The notes below the pieces were generated by a model, which did no database searches, was not told the origin of the DNA, and saw nothing but the letters and a program-made list of their open reading frames with translations. 64,000 nt of DNA from Patescibacteria group bacterium. GTDB taxonomy: Bacteria; Patescibacteriota; Microgenomatia; UBA1406; GWC2-37-13. Shown here piece after piece: positions 56,196 through 64,000 of the stretch. Position 1 is the first letter of the stretch. Each line of letters starts with the position of its first letter. The stretch is taken from positions 110,402 to 174,401 of the forward strand of contig JBMOLB010000005.1 of NCBI GenBank assembly GCA_049323035.1, read 5' to 3'. The position numbers were made by a program, and so were the translations under genes.

Positions 56196-57557
56196 ATGAA
56201 AACACTAATCAAAAATGGAAGAATCGTAACTTCGAAAGATGTCTTTGCCGGTAATATAATAATTGATGAAAAAGGCAAGGTTGGAAAAATAACTATCGGG
56301 AAATTCGATGAATTTGATGGGGAAATTTTTGATGCAAAAGGAAAATACATACTGCCTGGGCTTACGGAAGTCCATGGGCATTTACGGGAACCGGGGCTTG
56401 AAAATAAAGAGGATATCCCGCACGGGACGAGAGCCGCCGCCGCCGGAGGATTCACGGTTGTCATCGACATGCCTAATACCAGGCCACCGACCGTGACTGT
56501 AAAATTGCTTCAAGATAAAATCAAAAAAATATATCCAAAAAGATCATACGTCGATTATTCCTTCTTTATGGGAGCTTCATCTGACAAGCTGGATGAGTTG
56601 GAAAAAGTTGACCCGGGGGATATTGCCGGAATAAAGATATTCATGGCCGGGCACGAGACAACGCCAACAACCATGCCGGATGACACAACTCTCAACAAGG
56701 TTATGAAAATCCTGTCAAAAAGAAAGATCATGTTGGCGGTTCATGCCGAGGATCAGTATTTGATAAATCACTACAATTCCGAATTAAAAAAGACCGGAAG
56801 AACTGACGCCGCATTATGGAGTGACATTAGGCCTACGACGGTTGTAGCATCGGCAGCTGCGCGGGCAATTGCCCTGGCTTCCCAATACAAAAATTTTCGT
56901 TTATACCTACTGCATCTCTCGACACCGGAAGAATTTGCCTTGGTTCAGGCAGCGAAAAAAAGGGGGCAAACCGTGTATGGTGAGCTCGTCGGATACCAGC
57001 TAGCTTTCAATATTGACGATTACAAAAAATACGGAAACAAAATCAAAGTTGGGCCGGCATTAAGATCTTCTTATGATCAGACAAAAAATTGGGAACTCTT
57101 TAGAGAGGGAAAGATTGACGTTCTTTGCAGTGAGCATACGCCTCATGAATGGGCAACAAAAAATCAACCGGACATGTGGAAGGCCCAAGCGGGAACTCCC
57201 GGGATACAAGAAACATTACCAGCGATAGTAACCGGTTGGATAAAAAGATACGGCCGCAAAACACTCGACGACTGCATGAAAAGAATTGTCCAGTACGCAA
57301 GTGAAAATCCCGCTAGAATATTCGGATTTAGTGGAAAAGGCGGAATCAAAATAGGTAATGATGCCGATATTGTTGTCATTGATGTGGACAAAACTTGGAA
57401 AGTCCAAAAAAAAGATCTCTTTTCAAAATGCGGTTGGTCTGCTTATGAGGGAATGGAATTGAAAGGTCGACCGATTGCAACATTTTTGAGAGGTGTGAAG
57501 GTTTATGAAAACGGCAAGATTATAAGTAAACCAAAAGGCCGCTTTATTAATCATTGA
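56196..57557 (+). CDS. pyrC: dihydroorotase
   Basis: Amidohydrolase motif EVHGHLREPG, then AVHAED and CSEHTPH. Confidence 0.85.
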   Translation: MKTLIKNGRIVTSKDVFAGNIIIDEKGKVGKITIGKFDEFDGEIFDAKGKYILPGLTEVHGHLREPGLENKEDIPHGTRAAAAGGFTVVIDMPNTRPPTVTVKLLQDKIKKIYPKRSYVDYSFFMGASSDKLDELEKVDPGDIAGIKIFMAGHETTPTTMPDDTTLNKVMKILSKRKIMLAVHAEDQYLINHYNSELKKTGRTDAALWSDIRPTTVVASAAARAIALASQYKNFRLYLLHLSTPEEFALVQAAKKRGQTVYGELVGYQLAFNIDDYKKYGNKIKVGPALRSSYDQTKNWELFREGKIDVLCSEHTPHEWATKNQPDMWKAQAGTPGIQETLPAIVTGWIKRYGRKTLDDCMKRIVQYASENPARIFGFSGKGGIKIGNDADIVVIDVDKTWKVQKKDLFSKCGWSAYEGMELKGRPIATFLRGVKVYENGKIISKPKGRFINH

Positions 57558-57569
57558 CATAAGATATTT

Positions 57570-58859
57570 ATGAAAAAAACTATTTTATACGGCAAGCAGA
57601 CTTCTTCGGCATTAGAAAATTTCCCTTTCGACTACCACAAGGTTCAAAAGGAATTCGTTTATGCGATTGTCATGGTCAAGAAGGCGGCGGCGATTGCCAA
57701 CCATAAAGCCGGAAACCTGGACAAAAAAATTGCCGACAGGATTACTTTTGCCTGCGACGACATCCTCAAAGGAAAATACGACAACCAATTCATTGTTTCC
57801 GCCCACCACGGGGGGGCGGGGACTTCGGTGAACATGAACGTCAATGAAGTTATCGGATCTCTGGCTGGAGCCCATCCAAACGATCACGTCAATGCCAGTC
57901 AATCGACTAACGACGTCAACCCTTCGGCCCTGAAAATAGCGTCGATAAAGCTCACGGAAAAACTTTTGAGGACAATTGACCACTTGGTTTTGGTGATGGA
58001 CGGAAAGTCCAGGGAATGGAGAAACATCCGAAAACTTGGGCGGACCCATCTTCAAGATGCGGTCCCGACAACCCTGGGCGCGGAATTCGGATCATATAGG
58101 GATATCATAAAAAGGGACAGGAAAAGGATAAGCGATGCCATTGGTTATTTTGACGAATTGAATTTAGGCGGAACGGCGATCGGAAACTCTATAAACTCTT
58201 CAAAGAAATATATAGAAAATATTTACCCGGAGCTTCGCAAGGCAACCGGAATAAAAACCCTCAAGCCACTGGAAAACCTGATGACGGGAACATCCTCGGA
58301 CGCCGACTTTTGCCATCTATCCGCTGCCGTGACCATTCTTTGCAACGACCTGTCGAAAATATCCAGTGACCTGAGATTCATGACGAGCGGCCCCCTGGGT
58401 GGGATCGGGGAGATTTACTTCAAGGAGTTACAGCCGGGTTCATCGATAATGCCGGGCAAGGTCAATCCCGTTGTCGCCGAGACGATGAACCAAACCCATT
58501 ACCTTGTTTCCGGAAAAAACCTGAGCATCCATCAAGCGGCCGAGGCGTCATGCCTGGAACTCGGGGTAATGCTTCCCATTATCGCCGACTCATTGATCAC
58601 GTCGCTCAAACTAACGGAAACCGCGGTACGGATATTCGCCGACAAGGGCATAGAAAACATTGTCGTCAACGGGAAAAGGTGTCTTGAACATCTGGAAAAA
58701 TCAACCGCCTATTCGACACTTTTGACACCAAAACTGGGATACGATGCCGTATCGAAGATGGTCAAAGAAGCTGTCTCAACGGGAAAAACATTGAGGGAGA
58801 TAGTTTTGGCTAAAAAGATTATGACCAATGAGGAGTTTGACAAAATTACCAGTTTTTGA
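57570..58859 (+). CDS. aspartate ammonia-lyase / class II fumarase family lyase (compact, aspartase-like)
   Basis: Signature GSSIMPGKVNP. HPNDHVNASQSTNDV and TSVNMNVNEVI look closer to aspartase than to FumC. ALENFPF at the N-terminus. Confidence 0.75.
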   Translation: MKKTILYGKQTSSALENFPFDYHKVQKEFVYAIVMVKKAAAIANHKAGNLDKKIADRITFACDDILKGKYDNQFIVSAHHGGAGTSVNMNVNEVIGSLAGAHPNDHVNASQSTNDVNPSALKIASIKLTEKLLRTIDHLVLVMDGKSREWRNIRKLGRTHLQDAVPTTLGAEFGSYRDIIKRDRKRISDAIGYFDELNLGGTAIGNSINSSKKYIENIYPELRKATGIKTLKPLENLMTGTSSDADFCHLSAAVTILCNDLSKISSDLRFMTSGPLGGIGEIYFKELQPGSSIMPGKVNPVVAETMNQTHYLVSGKNLSIHQAAEASCLELGVMLPIIADSLITSLKLTETAVRIFADKGIENIVVNGKRCLEHLEKSTAYSTLLTPKLGYDAVSKMVKEAVSTGKTLREIVLAKKIMTNEEFDKITSF

Positions 58860-58865
58860 ACAAAT

Positions 58866-59522
58866 ATGAAAGACAATAGAGTGATCAATCTTTTGAAAAA
58901 AGTCGGCGCGATCTTAACCGACGACCATTTCGTTTATACGTCGGGTAAGCACGGTTCGGTGTACATCAATAAAGATTTCCTTTATCCGCACGTCAAGGAA
59001 ACTGCCCTAATAGGCAAGATGTTTGCGAACAAATTCAAGAACAAAGCCATAGATGTTGTAGCTGCCCCGGCGGTTGGAGGAACGATACTTTGCACCTGGA
59101 CCGCTTATTATCTCTCTAAACTTAAAGGCAAGGAAGTTCTCTCAGTTTATACCGAGAAGGACAAAGGGACAACCGCATCGGCAGCTGAAAGCGAACAAAT
59201 TTTCAGACGAGGATACGACAGATTCATCAAGGGCAAGAAAGTCCTTGTACTGGAGGATTTGACAACGACGGGTATATCGGTGGCAAAGACCGTCGCCGCA
59301 GTCAAGGCGGCCGGGGGAAATCCGGTTGCCGTTTGCGTCATGGTAAACCGCGACGAGAAAAACGTCAACGCCAAGGTCGTTGGCGCCCCATTCCATTCAT
59401 TGGGAGTTTTCCCGGCTCAAGCCTTTCCAGCCGAAAGCTGTCCGCTTTGCAAGCGGGGAGTCCCGGTCAACACAAAAATAGGGCACGGTAAAAAGTTTTT
59501 GGATCACATAAAACAAAAATGA
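58866..59522 (+). CDS. pyrE: orotate phosphoribosyltransferase
   Basis: PRPP-binding motif VLVLEDLTTTGIS. Confidence 0.85.
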   Translation: MKDNRVINLLKKVGAILTDDHFVYTSGKHGSVYINKDFLYPHVKETALIGKMFANKFKNKAIDVVAAPAVGGTILCTWTAYYLSKLKGKEVLSVYTEKDKGTTASAAESEQIFRRGYDRFIKGKKVLVLEDLTTTGISVAKTVAAVKAAGGNPVAVCVMVNRDEKNVNAKVVGAPFHSLGVFPAQAFPAESCPLCKRGVPVNTKIGHGKKFLDHIKQK

Positions 59523-60307
59523 AATTTATTGACAAACTGGAAAAATCCATCAAAAAAAATAATTCCCTGGTCTGCGTCGGACTGGATAGCGACGTCGACA
59601 GGCTCCCGAAAGGAAAGAGCCAGTTTTTGTTCAATAAACACATAATCGAAGCCACTCATGACAAGGTATGTTCATATAAGTTGAACATTGCCTTCTATGA
59701 GGCTATGGGTCTAAAGGGTCTGAAAGATCTAAAATCTACCACAGAGTTTCTAAAGGAAAAATATCCCGAAACTCCGATAATTATTGACGCAAAAAGGGGC
59801 GACATAGGGAACACAAACAAGGGATACGTTCAATTTATTTTTACGGACCTCATGGCCGATGCCGTGACCGTCAACCCCTATATGGGCAGTGAGGCTATAG
59901 GTCCATTTATTAGCATGGCTGATAAGGGGATCATCGTGCTTTGCCGGACTTCTAACCCGGGGTCCGGGGAATTCCAGGATTTAGAGGTAAAGGGTACGCC
60001 TTTGTATAAAATTGTCGCCAAAAACGTTGCCAAAAATTGGAACACCAACAAAAACTGCCTTCTGGTTGTCGGCGCCACTTATCCCAGGGAACTGGCTGAG
60101 GTAAGGAGGATAGCAGGACAGGACATCTTTTTTTTGGTTCCCGGGATTGGAGCGCAGGGAGGCGATCTGAGGGCAACCCTCAAGGCCGGACTGAATAGAC
60201 GGAGAACCGGCCTGATAATCAATTCCTCCCGCGGAATAATCTTTGCAAAAAATCCAAGGGAAGAGGCGGAGAAACTTAGATCGCAGATCAACCTTTACAG
60301 GAAATAA
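59519..60307 (+). CDS. pyrF: orotidine-5'-phosphate decarboxylase (long type)
   Basis: LVCVGLD and IIDAKRGDIGNT motifs. ATGA overlap with pyrE. Confidence 0.85.
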   Translation: MKFIDKLEKSIKKNNSLVCVGLDSDVDRLPKGKSQFLFNKHIIEATHDKVCSYKLNIAFYEAMGLKGLKDLKSTTEFLKEKYPETPIIIDAKRGDIGNTNKGYVQFIFTDLMADAVTVNPYMGSEAIGPFISMADKGIIVLCRTSNPGSGEFQDLEVKGTPLYKIVAKNVAKNWNTNKNCLLVVGATYPRELAEVRRIAGQDIFFLVPGIGAQGGDLRATLKAGLNRRRTGLIINSSRGIIFAKNPREEAEKLRSQINLYRK

Positions 60308-60336
60308 TTGACAGGAAGCCTAAAATCGGATAGAAT
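60308..60336 (+). promoter_or_regulatory. consensus-like promoter immediately after the pyrF stop
   Basis: TTGACA (60308-60313), 17-nt spacer, TAGAAT (60331-60336). The ATG at 60350 has no SD. Confidence 0.45.
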
Positions 60337-60349
60337 AGCAAAAATATTT

Positions 60350-61534
60350 ATGGCTGTAAAAACCGAAGAAATGCGCGCCCGAGGCGAAGCCCTCATAACC
60401 ACCCTTAAGGAAACCCCTCTCCATGTAAACAATCTCAAATTAAACGGCAGCCTGAGGTCACGCCAGATGCTGACCGTCCATTTTTCCGACAAGGGCCAGG
60501 AGGCTGAGGAAAGAGGTCAATTATTTGTCGAACTACCTGGACACCTGCCCGAAATGTTAAGAGACAGTTACGTGTCTCCCGATTCGTTTCTTGACGAATT
60601 TGCAAGAAAGGGCGATACAGAGGCCAAAAGAAGGTTGCTTAATGGCGATAAGGGAAATAGCGGCAACCTCGCATTCTATTCGGACAGCGAAAGCCTGTCC
60701 ATAAAAGTATTCCATGGTTCGACAAACAATAACGCATTGCGATTGTCTCAATTGGCCAAGGAGGGAACGGTCGACAAACCGGACAACAGGTTTAGATATC
60801 AAATGAACCTGGCGGAGGTAATCGAGCCGGTTGTCAGAGCTCCAAGCGATGCCCCGATAAGAATCGTCGAAGATTGTCTGGCCTCGGGCGATACCGTTGT
60901 CGGCGTTATCAAGGCGATCGCCGAACAGATGAAAATGAACGGTGACGCAACCAAAGTCACCTTGGATGTAGCGGTTGCCACGGCTCAGGGGATTTTGCTT
61001 TTGAAAAAATTCGCCGAGGATAATGACATAAAATTGGACCTCAACATCGGTTATATGGCTTTTGGGCTCTCAAGCGGTCAAAAGGCCGCTATCGGCTTTG
61101 AGCACGCCAACTACATAGTTTACCCTGAAGATCTCATACGGGAAATGGAAGAAATCAATCCCGGTATTGCAGGCAAACTGAAACCGGAAGATCAGGTGGT
61201 CGGGGATATGGGCGATTTTTCCGTACTCCTGCCCGAAAGGTCGGCAAACGACCGCGCCATAATTGTCGCCCCTTGGAACAGATATAGGCATGACAGTTAC
61301 GGAGGCAAAAACAAAGAACCCTTCAGGGAACCGAAATTCATGGCAGACGCCAATCAGCATTTGGTATACCTTACAAACGGCGGCTATCTGATGAGGGCGT
61401 TTTTTAATTACTTTAACGACCCCGAGGGAAAAGAGCAGTATTCAGAGGTTGCCTTCGGAGCAAAGAGAAGATGGACGAAAGAGTATGGATACGGGGTACT
61501 CTTGAAAGAAATTGCCGAAGAAATCTGGAACTGA
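60350..61534 (+). CDS. uracil-phosphoribosyltransferase-like (PRT fold) protein with long N- and C-terminal extensions
   Basis: PRPP-loop-like IRIVEDCLASGDTVVG and UPRT-like VVGDMGDF (cf. PGLGDAGDR). About 395 aa, against roughly 210 aa for a typical Upp. Confidence 0.5.
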   Translation: MAVKTEEMRARGEALITTLKETPLHVNNLKLNGSLRSRQMLTVHFSDKGQEAEERGQLFVELPGHLPEMLRDSYVSPDSFLDEFARKGDTEAKRRLLNGDKGNSGNLAFYSDSESLSIKVFHGSTNNNALRLSQLAKEGTVDKPDNRFRYQMNLAEVIEPVVRAPSDAPIRIVEDCLASGDTVVGVIKAIAEQMKMNGDATKVTLDVAVATAQGILLLKKFAEDNDIKLDLNIGYMAFGLSSGQKAAIGFEHANYIVYPEDLIREMEEINPGIAGKLKPEDQVVGDMGDFSVLLPERSANDRAIIVAPWNRYRHDSYGGKNKEPFREPKFMADANQHLVYLTNGGYLMRAFFNYFNDPEGKEQYSEVAFGAKRRWTKEYGYGVLLKEIAEEIWN

Positions 61535-61554
61535 CTTCTGTATAATGCTTTTTT

Positions 61555-62754
61555 ATGTATACTCCGCCTTTTGAGGTACTAGAAAACTATGCCAGGGTAA
61601 TGGTCGATTTTGCTCTCGGGAAGGGTAAAGGCGTCAAGCCGAAGGAAATTGTGTATCTCCAGTACGATGCGGAGGCAAAACCGTTGGCTGAGGCGGTATT
61701 CAAACGAGTTCTCGAAGCGGGAGCCCACCCGATGCTCAAAATGAACGACGAATCCTTTGAAAAAATAATGTTTGAAAAAGCCAACCCCGATCAACTCAAA
61801 TTCTTCCCAAAAAAGCATACCAAAACATTGATAGACACGATTGACCATAGGGTTTATCTGATAGCCCCGACGGACCCGTTTCTTTTGAAAAGCATAGATC
61901 CCAAGAAAATCATCATGGCCAACAGCCAAAGACAAGCTTTGAGGAAATGGTTATTCGAAAAGGAGGATAAAGGGAAGTTGACTTGGTCTCTTTGTCTTTA
62001 CGGCACGCAAGGCATGGCCAACGAATCAGGATTAACGCTTAAGGAATTTTGGAATCAAATCATCAAAGCATGCTATCTTGACGAGGCTGACCCGATCGCC
62101 ACCTGGAAAAGAACTTTTGCCGAGATCGAGAAACTCAAAAACAAGCTTAATGCATTGCCCGTAGCAAAATATCATGTTGTATCGGAAAAGACTGACCTAT
62201 ATATAACTCTTGGCGAGAAAAGGAAGTGGGAAGGGGGCAGGGGAGCCAATATTCCGTCGTTTGAGATCTTTACATCGCCGGACTGGAGGGGGGTAACCGG
62301 CACGGTGTTTTTTAACTTCCCTCTGTATCGGTACGGAAATTTGATTAAAAACGTCCGGCTTCAATTCAAGAACGGCAAAGTCGTCAAGGCGTCAGCCGAC
62401 AAGAACGAAAAACTTCTACGCGAGATGATCGCCCAAAAAAATGCGGACAAGATCGGCGAGTTTTCCCTTACCGACAAAAGGTTTTCCAAAATCACAAAGT
62501 TCATGGCCAATACCCTATACGACGAAAATTTCGGAGGCGAGTACGGCAATAGCCATTTGGCCGTCGGCACATCTTACCACGATTGTTACGACGGCGACGT
62601 TAAATTGATGTCAGCCGCCGATTGGGAAAAACTTGGATTCAACGAATCCATCGAACATTGCGACATCATCAACACCAATCCCAAAACGGTGACGGCAATC
62701 CTTAGGGACGGCTCCGAAAAACTAATCTACAAGGACGGACTTTTCCTCTTATGA
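61555..62754 (+). CDS. aminopeptidase, M29 (AmpS/PepS) family
   Basis: About 400 aa, with the NTLYDENFGGEYGNSHLAVG pattern typical of thermophilic-metalloprotease-family aminopeptidases. Confidence 0.7.
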   Translation: MYTPPFEVLENYARVMVDFALGKGKGVKPKEIVYLQYDAEAKPLAEAVFKRVLEAGAHPMLKMNDESFEKIMFEKANPDQLKFFPKKHTKTLIDTIDHRVYLIAPTDPFLLKSIDPKKIIMANSQRQALRKWLFEKEDKGKLTWSLCLYGTQGMANESGLTLKEFWNQIIKACYLDEADPIATWKRTFAEIEKLKNKLNALPVAKYHVVSEKTDLYITLGEKRKWEGGRGANIPSFEIFTSPDWRGVTGTVFFNFPLYRYGNLIKNVRLQFKNGKVVKASADKNEKLLREMIAQKNADKIGEFSLTDKRFSKITKFMANTLYDENFGGEYGNSHLAVGTSYHDCYDGDVKLMSAADWEKLGFNESIEHCDIINTNPKTVTAILRDGSEKLIYKDGLFLL

Positions 62755-62823
62755 TTCTCTGACTTTTTTCTTATTGCAATTATTTTTAACGAGTAGTATG
62801 ATCAGATTTGTTCTTACATACCT

Positions 62824-63687
62824 ATGGTTGATTTACCCTCGATCATAAAAAAGGAAAACATTATCAAGGTTGACCCCGAAATGACTTTGTCTCATGCCTT
62901 GGCCCATTTATCCACTTCGCACGACGCCGCATTTGTTTTTAGCGATGAGGATAAGTTTATGGGAGTCATCAACCCCTATTATTGCCTCATCAGGAGTTCC
63001 CATCCGGGCAACGCCAAGGTGGAGCATTGTCTGCATCATCCTCCCAAAGTCTATGTTGATTATTCGCTCCCCAAAGTCGCCTCGCTTCTGATAGAATCCA
63101 AGATCCATTATCTGCCGGTTTTTGACAACAAGGAAAGATTCATGGGGATAATTTCGGCTAGGCGCATCCTATCGAACTTAAGGAACCTTCCATCGTTCAG
63201 GAAAACCATCGGCGATGCCCTGAGGTTCAGAAAAAAACCTTTGACGGTGATTTACGAGGACGAAACCGTTGCCCAGGCCTTGGCGCTATTCAAGTCGACC
63301 AAGCTTTCAAAATTGGTTGTCATCAACCGCGACATGAAGCTTAAGGGAATACTGAGTTATTACGACCTCATATCTTTTTTGACCCAACCCAAAAACCACG
63401 AAGGAAAAATGGAAAGGATAGGCAATAAGATCCATCTCTTCAACCAGCACGTCAAAAATTACATGAAAACCTACGTTTTGAGTCTCAAGAACAACAATTC
63501 GCTTTCCGACGCATTTAATCTCGTGGTCAGCAAGAAAATCGGCAGCGTTGTCATCGTCGACGAAGAGAGGCATCCGGTCGGGATAATCACCACAAGGGAC
63601 CTTCTGAGGTTCTACATGGAAGGCGAACTTATGCGCGGCGTGAGCGATACTTTTTCAAAAATGAAAAAACTTCTTTTAAATCGTTGA
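62824..63687 (+). CDS. CBS-domain protein (two CBS pairs)
   Basis: Repeated CBS-like blocks (HYLPVFDNKERFMGIIS; IGSVVIVDEERHPVGIITTRDLL). Confidence 0.7.
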   Translation: MVDLPSIIKKENIIKVDPEMTLSHALAHLSTSHDAAFVFSDEDKFMGVINPYYCLIRSSHPGNAKVEHCLHHPPKVYVDYSLPKVASLLIESKIHYLPVFDNKERFMGIISARRILSNLRNLPSFRKTIGDALRFRKKPLTVIYEDETVAQALALFKSTKLSKLVVINRDMKLKGILSYYDLISFLTQPKNHEGKMERIGNKIHLFNQHVKNYMKTYVLSLKNNNSLSDAFNLVVSKKIGSVVIVDEERHPVGIITTRDLLRFYMEGELMRGVSDTFSKMKKLLLNR

Positions 63688-64000
63688 ACTTGTTCTCGTA
63701 AGGTATCCGGCGGTCGACGAAGTTGGTAATCCACAGGATGTTTGACCCCGTATGGTGGTTGAGTTTTTCTATGATATCCCAATTATCCTCAACGTAAAAA
63801 TCCAACTTCAGGCGCTTGATCATTTTTTCCTTGAATGCGTTTGGCTGGGCATTATCACGATTCAGGTAACAAGCCTTGAAGGTGTGTTCGGCGTTGATTT
63901 TTTTCAGCCAGTTTTTGTAATCCGTTTCAAGGAATCCGTAACGTCCGGTAATCAAAAAAAACTCGTAGCCCTTGCCTTTAGCAAGTTTTCTTAGTTCGTC
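63629..64000 (-). CDS. HAD-like hydrolase, 5' end beyond the window
   Basis: The frame stays open to base 64000 (…GYEFFLITGRYGF…YVEDNWDI). Motif II-like LITGR and motif IV-like EDN. The 3' end overlaps the CBS gene by 59 bp. Confidence 0.4.
   Translation of the reverse strand, partial: DELRKLAKGKGYEFFLITGRYGFLETDYKNWLKKINAEHTFKACYLNRDNAQPNAFKEKMIKRLKLDFYVEDNWDIIEKLNHHTGSNILWITNFVDRRIPYENKFNDLKEVFSFLKKYRSRRA

Noticed and set aside
57570-58859. The aspartase-like gene as a truncated pseudogene (429 aa against about 465 aa typical)
   Set aside because: The frame is intact, all family motifs including GSSIMPGKVNP are present, and the shortening is at both termini. It is treated as a compact functional form.
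1-64000. CRISPR arrays, rRNA genes, transposases, integrases, prophage genes, toxin-antitoxin or restriction-modification pairs
   Set aside because: I looked for regularly spaced direct repeats, rRNA signatures, and DDE, tyrosine- or serine-recombinase motifs, and found none. The only repeats are the short palindrome, the 60-nt hairpin motif and the 124-nt RNA motif.

Overview
This window looks like compact, gene-dense bacterial DNA with a Candidate Phyla Radiation (Patescibacteria) character; the lineage call is inference. It uses the standard code (TGA works as a stop), has many ATGA-type overlapping starts, many secreted or cell-surface proteins, and few metabolic genes. I found no rRNA, CRISPR array, transposase or integrase.

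Content in order:
1. 1-6941: a translationally coupled surface-protein operon built from cohesin-like and dockerin-like modules, with one LPXTG anchor.
2. 6938-10364: housekeeping genes (M50 protease, rpmB, def, a GT2, ychF).
3. 11022-15173: a large surface protein plus a VirD4/TraD-like P-loop ATPase.
4. 15174-26700: a compositionally mosaic accessory region. It holds two small cassettes of secreted and lipoprotein genes, each led by the same ~124-nt structured RNA-like motif. These cassettes flank a low-GC envelope-glycosylation block (an AftD-like giant GT-C protein and two GT2 genes). The second cassette contains a sharply GC-rich island.
5. 26768-35728: trmH-family methyltransferase, a mini [FeFe]-hydrogenase H-domain protein, three hypotheticals, tRNA-His, tRNA-Thr and dnaB.
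6. 35796-40007: a CsoR-controlled copper module.
7. 40004-42790: a 928-aa orphan protein.
8. 43926-48015: purB-purA-guaB.
9. 48242-48323: tRNA-Leu.
10. 48366-61534: a long pyrimidine operon (pyrB-carA-carB-X-Y-pyrC-Z-pyrE-pyrF).

The pyrimidine operon is the most interesting part. It has no pyrD in this window. At that position sit a soluble SdhA/FrdA-like flavoprotein (X) and a degenerate Fe-S subunit (Y), and a compact aspartase-like lyase (Z) follows pyrC. A short leader peptide plus terminator precedes pyrB.

Small-scale repeats: a 27-28 bp perfect palindrome in three copies (one in frame inside def, one supplying the copA stop codon), and a ~60-nt hairpin motif in two copies.

All functional calls come from motif recognition by eye. 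No database search was run.
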